A DNA stretch of 15,224 bases from assembly GCA_038842485.1 (NCBI GenBank), contig JAWBSP010000024.1, positions 1 to 15,224 of the forward strand, read 5' to 3'. Below, one piece after another: positions 1 through 6,697 of the stretch (position 1 is the stretch's first letter; the number at the start of each line of letters is the position of its first letter). Below the pieces are notes generated by a model. The model did not search any database. It was not told the origin of the DNA and saw nothing but the letters and a program-made list of their open reading frames with translations. The translations under genes and the position numbers were made by a program. The stretch comes from Candidatus Hadarchaeales archaeon. GTDB taxonomy: Archaea; Hadarchaeota; Hadarchaeia; Hadarchaeales; JAWBSP01.

Positions 1-39
1 TCCCATCGCTTCTGAATCTGAGTGTGATGTGGCCAAATT

Positions 40-1167
40 TTATCCCAATACTCCAAATTTCTCCCTAGCGTGGAGGAAGGCGAAAAGGTTCTCGGGTGGG
101 GTCTCGTTAGTGATAGCGTTGGTGGGGGCCAGTATCAGGTGGGGGGAGGCTGCCTCTATTAGCTCTTTGACCTGCTGTTCTACCTCCTCAGGCTTCAAGG
201 CATGTTGCCGCTGAACATCGAAGCCCGTACAAATAGCAAACTTTCCTTTGTACTTCCTGGCCACCTCAAGCGTGTTCATGGCACCTGGCTGGAGGGGGTG
301 AACCGCATGGAAACCGCATTCTGCAATTGATTCCAGTAGGGGTTCGATGTTACCGCAAGAGTGGAGGATAACATAGAGGCCCCTCCGCCTCGCCTCCTGC
401 ACGAGCTTCCTGAGCCTCGGGATGACCAGTTCAGAATGGTGCTTGGGGGAAATCATGGGGCCGGTTTGGGTTCCACAGTCATCCCCTATGATCACCCCAT
501 CCATTCCAAGCTCAGCTGCTTCCTCAATTGCCTCCACCCAAATTTCCACTGAGAGATCGAGTAGCTTTTCTACAAAGGGTTTATCTCTGTAAATATCCAT
601 CAGGAGTTCGGTGAGAGGATAGAGGGCATGTGCCGTTTCCCAAGGGCCCCCAACCCAGGCTATCGAGGCGTGGTCTTTAAACTTTCTGAGGAAGGGGGAG
701 ACCAGGATCTTTGAGAGAGGGGAGTGGAAGCGGGGCCTCTGAAAGCGCTCCAAGTCCTCCTTAGACCTGAGAACCCTGAAAGACTCATCCCTCTGGTCCA
801 CAAAATCTTTCATGACATGCCGCGCGCCATAGTAATCTGTAAAGGTCCCCCTTCTAAGATCAATTGAAACGTTGGCGACCGCTGGTAGCCAGAAGCTTAA
901 CGCATCGGTGCCTAGCTTCACGGCGAGAAAGTGAGAGTCGTAGAGACCTATGAATGAGTGCATCAGCAGCTGGCGGGTGGGTGCGGAAAGGGGACGGGTG
1001 CACCCCCTGAGAAGGAGCCACGCGAGCAGGTTGGTTTTGGACGTACATTTGAAATCTTTCACGAGCCTGAAGTGAATCCCGGGTTGGAACCAGCCGTCGA
1101 GATACAACGGAATCTTATCTGGCGGGTTGCCCTCCAAAACAGCTAGCAATCTTTGCTTGGGCGTCAC
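40..1167 (-). CDS. Uroporphyrinogen decarboxylase (URO-D)/cobalamin-dependent methyltransferase superfamily protein
   Basis: 375 aa ORF with N-terminal MTPKQRLLAVLEG..PD.IP, GGPWE, GDDCGTQTGPMISP, ILHSCGN, HPLQP and C-terminal ILAPTNAI..ETPPEN, all typical of URO-D-like (MtaA/CmuA-like) proteins. Lacks the HemE RQAGR motif, so probably not a true HemE. Confidence 0.8.
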   Translation of the reverse strand: MTPKQRLLAVLEGNPPDKIPLYLDGWFQPGIHFRLVKDFKCTSKTNLLAWLLLRGCTRPLSAPTRQLLMHSFIGLYDSHFLAVKLGTDALSFWLPAVANVSIDLRRGTFTDYYGARHVMKDFVDQRDESFRVLRSKEDLERFQRPRFHSPLSKILVSPFLRKFKDHASIAWVGGPWETAHALYPLTELLMDIYRDKPFVEKLLDLSVEIWVEAIEEAAELGMDGVIIGDDCGTQTGPMISPKHHSELVIPRLRKLVQEARRRGLYVILHSCGNIEPLLESIAECGFHAVHPLQPGAMNTLEVARKYKGKFAICTGFDVQRQHALKPEEVEQQVKELIEAASPHLILAPTNAITNETPPENLFAFLHAREKFGVLG

Positions 1168-1183
1168 AGAAACTTGGTTTAGA

Positions 1184-1201
1184 GGTAAATTACCGGTAAT
1201 T
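1184..1201. promoter_or_regulatory. Palindromic putative operator upstream of the URO-D-like gene
   Basis: Perfect 14-bp palindrome AATTACCGGTAATT (1188-1201) overlapping GGTAA-A-TTACC (1184-1194), 17-34 bp upstream of the GTG at 1167. Confidence 0.4.
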
Positions 1202-1211
1202 CAGACCCATT

Positions 1212-2135
1212 TCAGGGCGCAACGGTGAGCAGGATTCCAGCCATGAGGGGGAGGACTAGATTATCGCTCATGAGAAGGGGCAGTGACTCGAAAATCATGA
1301 CCGAACCCGCCACAACCAGTGCCCACAGCGGATTGAAACCAAAGCAACAGACGATAACGAGAGTTACCATGAAGGCACCGAGTGAGCCCTCCAAGGACTT
1401 GGACGGATTATGACTCCAGCAATACGTACCCACCTTTCTTCCCAGCAGGGCAGCCGTGGGGTCGGCAAAAGCCAGAATGAAGATGGAGGCAACAGCCACC
1501 TGCTTGGAGAACCCCAAAACCGCCAGCAAGATTCCGAGAAGACCAAAAACTCCTGCGGTGTATAGTTTGATTTCACCCTTCCTAGTGGCACTCCCTATCC
1601 CCCGGTGAACCAAGTGTACAAGAAATTCCGTGACCTTGAGATCTTTCAGCAGTGGCAGAAGTTCGCGGAGGGGGGGAGAGCTGGAAGGTGCGGGATGGGT
1701 GATTCTGATGGCCTCAGAAAAGACCATAGAAATGATCACGAAGCTCAGGGAGAGGAATCCCAAGTCTGGATTGAGCCAGAAGATCATCCCTAGGAAGGAA
1801 AGAACGAGGACGTGGTAGAGGGAACGGTAGGTCTGAGGGGATACCCTGCTCGAAAGCCTGTAGGCAGAGAAGGCAAAAAGGGGGAAGAAGGCGAACAGCA
1901 CCACCAAAGCGGGCAGATTGGAAAAGAGAAACTCGACGAGCTGCTTCGTTTCAGAGAGGTAGATGTAGGGACTGAAGCGGTAGGCAGCCCCAACCACCAC
2001 TAGGGCCAAAAGAAGTGCCATCCCTTTCGCGAAGTTTGGTCTCATTTTTCTCTTGCCTGCATAGTAGCTCAGGAGAGCCGTCATGACAAAGAGGATCCAA
2101 ACGCCCCCGACTTTTGCTATAAGCGGGGTCACCAT
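1212..2135 (-). CDS. Dolichol/phytol/polyprenol kinase-like polytopic membrane protein (CTP_transf_1 / SEC59 family)
   Basis: Many hydrophobic helices; C-terminal motifs FADPTAALLGRKVG, KSLEGS, ES..SDNLVLPL. ATG at 2135 preferred over TTG 2147 because TTTATA lies about 25 nt upstream of it. Confidence 0.8.
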   Translation of the reverse strand: MVTPLIAKVGGVWILFVMTALLSYYAGKRKMRPNFAKGMALLLALVVVGAAYRFSPYIYLSETKQLVEFLFSNLPALVVLFAFFPLFAFSAYRLSSRVSPQTYRSLYHVLVLSFLGMIFWLNPDLGFLSLSFVIISMVFSEAIRITHPAPSSSPPLRELLPLLKDLKVTEFLVHLVHRGIGSATRKGEIKLYTAGVFGLLGILLAVLGFSKQVAVASIFILAFADPTAALLGRKVGTYCWSHNPSKSLEGSLGAFMVTLVIVCCFGFNPLWALVVAGSVMIFESLPLLMSDNLVLPLMAGILLTVAP

Positions 2136-2154
2136 TTCTCCTTTCAATCCTTTC

Positions 2155-2212
2155 TATAAAGCGAGACTTCTTCCCGTCAACCGCTGTTGGAGGTGCGAGC
2201 TGAAATTATATA
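2155..2212. promoter_or_regulatory. Divergent archaeal promoters (TATA boxes) for the kinase and GH1 genes
   Basis: Minus-strand TTTATA (2155-2160) about 25 nt before ATG 2135; plus-strand GAAA-TTATATA (TATA 2206-2212) 26 nt before ATG 2232. Spacing fits leaderless transcripts. Confidence 0.65.
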
Positions 2213-2231
2213 GCGCCGCGACTGAAGGTTG

Positions 2232-3806
2232 ATGCCCTTCCCGCGGGATTTCCTTTGGGGGATCAGCGTTTCAGCCTTCCAGTTCGAGATGGGCGGGAAA
2301 AAAGAGGACTGGGACACGAACACGGACTGGTGGGTCTGGGTTCACGACAGGAAGAACATCCAGAAACGGGTGGTCAGCGGAGATCTTCCGGAGAACGGTG
2401 TAAACTACTGGGAGCTGTACGCTCAGGACCACAAACTCGCCTCAGACCGTGGATTCAAAGCCTGGAGGTTTGCGCCCGAATGGAGCCGGATTTTCCCAGA
2501 GTCCACCGAAAAGGTTGAGGTGGGAGTAGAGAAGGAAGGAGAGCTTATCTCCAAAATTGAGATAGATGAATCCACGCTACGCACCCTGGACACCATGGCA
2601 AACCACCGGGCCCTAAATCACTACCGTGAGGTGATCGAGGATTTGAGGGACAGGGGTTTCACCGTCTTCCTCTGCCTCAATCACTTCACCCTCCCCCTCT
2701 GGATTCACGACCCGATCGTTGCGAGGGACAGCAGACTCTCCAAAGGGCCCAGGGGATGGCTGGACGAGCGCACGGTAGTGGAGTTCACCAAGTACGCGGC
2801 ATACATGGCCTGGAAGCTGGGGGATCTCGTCGATTACTGGTCTACCCTTTGCGAGCCCGCAACCATTTTCATGAGCTACCTCATTCCAACGGGTTTCCCG
2901 CCCAATGTCCTGAAGGTGGCCCCCCACCTCTCTCGGTTTCCCTTTGCGAAGGTTGCCTTCAACATGCTGCAGGCCCACGCCAGAGCCTATGACGCGGTGA
3001 AGAGGTGGGATAGGAAAAGGGCTGACCGGAAAAGCTCCTCCCCAGCCGAGGTCGGGATCATATACAACGTCATTCCGGCGTACCCGTTGAGAAAGAACCA
3101 CCCCGTCGACAAGAAAGCCTGCGAGTTTCACGACTATCTAACGACCCACTGGTTCCTGCAAGCCATCTCCTTCGGGTGGCTGGACGCGGGCTACAACCCA
3201 AAGAAAAGGAGGGAGGAGAAGTGCCTAAAACAGAGGCTGGACTGGCTTGGGGTGAACTACTATTCGAGGGATGTGGTCAGGGGATGGGTTTTCCCCCTCT
3301 TAAGGATGTTCGGGGCACCGGTCGTACCCCAGCCGGTGCCGGGATACGGAATGATGGGGGGAGTGAGATCATTACCCATTTTTAATCCGGGACAGATCAC
3401 TCCCACTCATGAGAATTCCTTGGAGGGCTTTCCCGTTTCCGATTTCTGCTGGGAGGTTTATCCTGAGGGCCTGAGAGCCTCCATCGAACAGGTGAAGCAG
3501 TATTCCCGAATTCTGTACATCACCGAGAACGGGATTGCGGATGAGCGAGACAGGCTGAGGCCCAGATTCTTGATTGAGCACTTGGGGGTGCTGGAAAAGC
3601 TCATTGAGGAGGGAACCAACATCAAAGGGTACTTCCACTGGTCCCTGGTAGACAACTATGAGTGGGCGCGGGGATTCGCCATGAAATTCGGTCTGTGTGC
3701 GGTGGATTTGAAGAGCAAAAAGAGAAAGGCTAGACCCAGCCTCGAGGTTTTCAGCAAAATTATAGAAAAGGGAGAAGTGCCTAAGGGCGCCGGGGAGGGG
3801 ATTTGA
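2232..3806 (+). CDS. Glycoside hydrolase family 1 beta-glycosidase (archaeal beta-galactosidase/mannosidase type)
   Basis: FPRDFLWG..SAFQFEMG, TDWWVWVHD, EWSRIFP, NHFTLPLW, acid/base TLCEP, DWLGVNYYSR, nucleophile YITENG, YFHWSLVDNYEWA.G..MKFGL. Confidence 0.95.
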   Translation: MPFPRDFLWGISVSAFQFEMGGKKEDWDTNTDWWVWVHDRKNIQKRVVSGDLPENGVNYWELYAQDHKLASDRGFKAWRFAPEWSRIFPESTEKVEVGVEKEGELISKIEIDESTLRTLDTMANHRALNHYREVIEDLRDRGFTVFLCLNHFTLPLWIHDPIVARDSRLSKGPRGWLDERTVVEFTKYAAYMAWKLGDLVDYWSTLCEPATIFMSYLIPTGFPPNVLKVAPHLSRFPFAKVAFNMLQAHARAYDAVKRWDRKRADRKSSSPAEVGIIYNVIPAYPLRKNHPVDKKACEFHDYLTTHWFLQAISFGWLDAGYNPKKRREEKCLKQRLDWLGVNYYSRDVVRGWVFPLLRMFGAPVVPQPVPGYGMMGGVRSLPIFNPGQITPTHENSLEGFPVSDFCWEVYPEGLRASIEQVKQYSRILYITENGIADERDRLRPRFLIEHLGVLEKLIEEGTNIKGYFHWSLVDNYEWARGFAMKFGLCAVDLKSKKRKARPSLEVFSKIIEKGEVPKGAGEGI

Positions 3807-3872
3807 ACCCCTGCGGCCCAAAGGGCCACACGCTCTCCAGGCGTGCGCCTTACCAGGCTAGGCTACCCCGGC
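3788..3872 (-). tRNA. tRNA-Ser(GGA)
   Basis: Minus strand GCCGGGG-TA-GCCTAGCCTGGTAAGGC-G-CACGC-CTGGAGA-GCGTG-long variable arm (GGCCC-TTT-GGGCC)-AGGGG-TTCAAAT-CCCCT-CCCCGGC-G. Discriminator G, CCA not encoded, no intron. Confidence 0.97.
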
Positions 3873-3971
3873 ACCGGCATATCTTGCAGAGAGAAGATTT
3901 ATCCAATCCGCACGCGCCACCTGAGTCCGTCAGGAGTTGCCTGTGGTGCAGGAAAGCTTATCGTTGGGGGA

Positions 3972-4946
3972 TTATTTCCACTTCCTTGGATAGGTTCCGG
4001 GCTTCATGACCACCCTGACCGGCTTCGCCACTAAACCTCTGTCAGCCTCCGCTATCTGTTTTGAAGTCATGGTAGCTTCCATGAGGGCCACCAGCTCCCC
4101 CTTCAAGCTCATCACCGCCACCAGATCTCCCACCGACGCCCCGCTCTCCACCGATAGAACACCGGGGGCCGCCAGTGAAGCACCGTGACAAATGGCATCG
4201 ATCGCCCCGTCCCTTATGACGATCTTGGGTAGATCGCGCACGCAGGCCTCCACGGGGAGCACGACCTTCCTCAGCAGGTCCTCCCTTCCCTCCTCCTTCC
4301 AGAAGGCGTATGCGTCCGCCACATCCTGCAGCCTGACCAAGGTCTCATCCTCCCTAAAGGGACCGCTTGCAGTTCTCCTGAGTTCCAGCATGTGTGCACC
4401 ACAACCCAGTGCCTCCCCCATGTCGAAGACGAGCTTCCTGATGTAGGTCCCGGCCTCGCAGCGGACGCCGAGGAGAACCTCTTTTCCATCCCTCTCCAGA
4501 AGCTTGAGGTGATGAATCCTCCGTATTCTGACCTGCCGCTTCACGGCGGACCTAAGAGGCGGCCGCTGGTAGATCTCCCCCGTGAACTCGGAGAGAACCT
4601 TCTCGAGCTTGTGCTGAGGGACGGAGGAGTGCAGATGTACCAAGCAGACGTATTCCTTGTCGGCCCTGGAAAGGGCCTGCAGCGCTCTAGTGGAATCCTC
4701 AAGAGCCACGGGGAGAACACCACTGACCTTGGGGTCAAGGGTCCCAGCGTGACCGGTCTTTCTCACCTCCAAAATGCGCTTCACCCACGTCACCACTTCA
4801 TGCGAGGTGGGACCCACGGGCTTGTCTAGGTTCAGAAACCCCAGCCTGAGGTACTCCGAGATTGGGCGTGCTGCGGGCTCACACCCGTAGCTGGGGTCCG
4901 TAATATCCTCCGCCCGGACTAGGACCTCTCTCTTGGGCGTTTTCAA
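3972..4946 (-). CDS. cbf5: H/ACA RNA-guided / tRNA pseudouridine synthase Cbf5 (TruB family, C-terminal PUA domain)
   Basis: NLDKPVGPTSHEV, GHAGTLDPKVSG (catalytic Asp), IYQRPPLRSAVKR, CEAGTYIRKL, PUA AICHGASLAAPG. Start reassigned to TTG 4946, which overlaps the rpl14e TGA and has GGAGG upstream. Confidence 0.95.
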   Translation of the reverse strand: MKTPKREVLVRAEDITDPSYGCEPAARPISEYLRLGFLNLDKPVGPTSHEVVTWVKRILEVRKTGHAGTLDPKVSGVLPVALEDSTRALQALSRADKEYVCLVHLHSSVPQHKLEKVLSEFTGEIYQRPPLRSAVKRQVRIRRIHHLKLLERDGKEVLLGVRCEAGTYIRKLVFDMGEALGCGAHMLELRRTASGPFREDETLVRLQDVADAYAFWKEEGREDLLRKVVLPVEACVRDLPKIVIRDGAIDAICHGASLAAPGVLSVESGASVGDLVAVMSLKGELVALMEATMTSKQIAEADRGLVAKPVRVVMKPGTYPRKWK

Positions 4947-5167
4947 AGCCCAGCTTCCTCCAGCAGTTTCCTTATACCTTCTTCCGAGGTGTCCTTCACT
5001 TCCAGCTTCATGGGGGTGGGCTCCAGGTGGTCGATGTTGCACCTCCTCCGCTTCACCCTCGGTCCGACCACCACCACAAAGTTCTCATCCAGAACCTGAA
5101 GCACCACACACTTCTCCCCCGCCTCCTTTCCTGCCACCTTAACACAGACCCTTCCCACCTCTATCAT
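4943..5167 (-). CDS. rpl14e: 50S ribosomal protein L14e
   Basis: MIEVGRVCVKVAGKEAG.KCVV...DENFV...GP.VKRRRCNIDHLEPT; canonical position between cmk and cbf5. Confidence 0.95.
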   Translation of the reverse strand: MIEVGRVCVKVAGKEAGEKCVVLQVLDENFVVVVGPRVKRRRCNIDHLEPTPMKLEVKDTSEEGIRKLLEEAGL

Positions 5168-5688
5168 TTCAGCACCTCCGCCACGGCCGAAATCACTATT
5201 CGCTTGGTTTCCTCCTCTGAGAGCCTAGCGGTATTGAGGATGAGGTCGAAAACCGAGAGATCGTTGACGTCTATCCCATACAGCTCCTTGAACCTCCTCG
5301 CCTCGCTCTCCTCCCTGCTCACGGTCTCTTCCATCACCTCCTCCACCGGCCTCTTCTCCCGCTTGGCGATTCTCTCCACCCTTACCCTCAAGGGAGCGGT
5401 CAACATTATCTTGAAGTCAGCCTCCACCAACCAACCAGCGAGCCGGGCATCGACCACCGCATTCCCCTTCCTGCTCTCCTCCAAGGTTCTCGCATCCAGT
5501 TCCCTGTCAATCGCTGGATGACTCTCAACGTGGCGGTTGAACTCCTGAAGACTCATCCCCCTCTCTGATGCCATTTTCCTGAAGATTTCCCCAGCGCAGA
5601 TGTGCCTCAGACCGAATCGGCGCGCGAGCTCGGCGGCCACCGTGGTCTTCCCCGCCCCATGGAGACCGCTCACGGCTATTAGGACCAA
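5164..5688 (-). CDS. cmk: Cytidylate kinase (archaeal)
   Basis: IAVSGLHGAGKTT P-loop, AGEIFRKMA, IDRELD, DARLAGW, RFKELYGID. Start reassigned to TTG 5688, preceded by SD GGAGGTGA. Confidence 0.93.
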   Translation of the reverse strand: MVLIAVSGLHGAGKTTVAAELARRFGLRHICAGEIFRKMASERGMSLQEFNRHVESHPAIDRELDARTLEESRKGNAVVDARLAGWLVEADFKIMLTAPLRVRVERIAKREKRPVEEVMEETVSREESEARRFKELYGIDVNDLSVFDLILNTARLSEEETKRIVISAVAEVLK

Positions 5689-5900
5689 CCTCTCACCTCC
5701 TTCCTTATCGATTCCCTCGAGCACCTAGAACAAAGGTATCCTCCATGGGGTCGGTTGGGTCTCGTGCCGCTGAGGGGTCTTCCACACTCGGCACACTTGG
5801 GTCCCGCTGGTCTCCTTTTGATAAATCTCACCACCACCCTCCCGCCAGGGGTACGAACAAAGTGCCTTCCATGAGCTCTGGATCTCCTCACGCTACTCAC
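5679..5900 (-). CDS. rpl34e: 50S ribosomal protein L34e
   Basis: VRTPGGR, KCAECGRPL.G, RPNRPHGGYLCSRC zinc motif; conserved position between DUF106 and cmk. Confidence 0.92.
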   Translation of the reverse strand: MSSVRRSRAHGRHFVRTPGGRVVVRFIKRRPAGPKCAECGRPLSGTRPNRPHGGYLCSRCSRESIRKEVRGWS

Positions 5901-6696
5901 CTATGAGTAGCTTCCTCCAGAAGGAACTCATCGCCCCGAAGGAGAGAATCACCCAGCTTAGGGTGCCGCAGGAAGTCCAGTAGCCCCAGATGGGGAGTCT
6001 GAGACCGAAAGGCAGCCAGACCACCACCCACCCCGAGTATGGCCCTCCCAAAAGCAGGAGAAGGAGGATGAAGAAGGGGAAAAAGTATAGCGTTGGCCTG
6101 AACTGAACCATCATGAGTTCGGACTGGAGGGGGGCCAGCCTTGAGAACTCCTGCGAGAGCTTGTGAAGTTCCTTGAAGTCCCTCCGTTTGCGCGCCTCCT
6201 GAAGCCTCCTCCTCCATCCTTCCACCTGTGCCTTGATTTCCCTCACCCTTTCCCAGTCGACCGTCTTTTTGAGGAGGCAGGCGTACAGGAAACCTGAAAG
6301 AGCCGAAATCAGGAGCACGAGACAGGGGGAGTGCGCGAAAATGAGAGGGAGAGGTGCATTCACTATGGAGGCTGCCCTTAGAACCTCCCTCCTCAGTTCG
6401 TGACAGCTCTCCTCTTTGGGTGCCTGAATGGCGTTCTCAAAGAGTAGCTTGATTCGATTGTCCAGCTCATTGTCCAGATTCTCCACCCCAAGCTGGGAGT
6501 AGAGATTCCTTGCCTCCGTAAGATGCGTGGGTGCGGTGGCGTTGTCACCGTGACGGAGGGCCCAGATGGCCGCATCAATCCGGCTGGCTATCTTTTTAGT
6601 CGTGTCCGATTTTTCGGGGATGGGCTCGCAGCGCACGAGAAACAGTAATGCCCCCAAGATCAGCAGGGAGGCGAAAAGAGGAGCGCGTAGCCTCAT
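5893..6696 (-). CDS. DUF106 / EMC3-TMCO1 (Oxa1/YidC superfamily) membrane protein with N-terminal extension
   Basis: C-terminal ~150 aa: TM, then VDWERVREIK...coiled coil...QSELMMVQFRP, TM, LPF...W.IL....RKLL; located between secY and rpl34e. ATG 6696 lies just after the secY stop (alternative GTG 6705). Confidence 0.85.
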   Translation of the reverse strand: MRLRAPLFASLLILGALLFLVRCEPIPEKSDTTKKIASRIDAAIWALRHGDNATAPTHLTEARNLYSQLGVENLDNELDNRIKLLFENAIQAPKEESCHELRREVLRAASIVNAPLPLIFAHSPCLVLLISALSGFLYACLLKKTVDWERVREIKAQVEGWRRRLQEARKRRDFKELHKLSQEFSRLAPLQSELMMVQFRPTLYFFPFFILLLLLLGGPYSGWVVVWLPFGLRLPIWGYWTSCGTLSWVILSFGAMSSFWRKLLIGE

Positions 6697-6697
6697 T

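Noticed and set aside
1-39. Possible start (minus-strand ATG at 4-6) of a next gene downstream of the URO-D-like ORF
   Set aside because: Only two codons fall within the window; cannot be supported.
3873-3971. H/ACA guide RNA next to cbf5
   Set aside because: No ACA box at the hairpin base, no bipartite pocket and no K-turn; kept only as a low-interest hairpin.
4947-5042. 32-aa N-terminal extension of Cbf5 in the ORF track
   Set aside because: It lies inside rpl14e in another frame; TTG 4946 with an SD and stop/start overlap gives a normal-length protein.
6457-6480. Short tandem repeat attgtccag x2 (LDN-E-LDN) in the DUF106 extension
   Set aside because: Only two 9-nt copies inside a CDS; could arise by chance.
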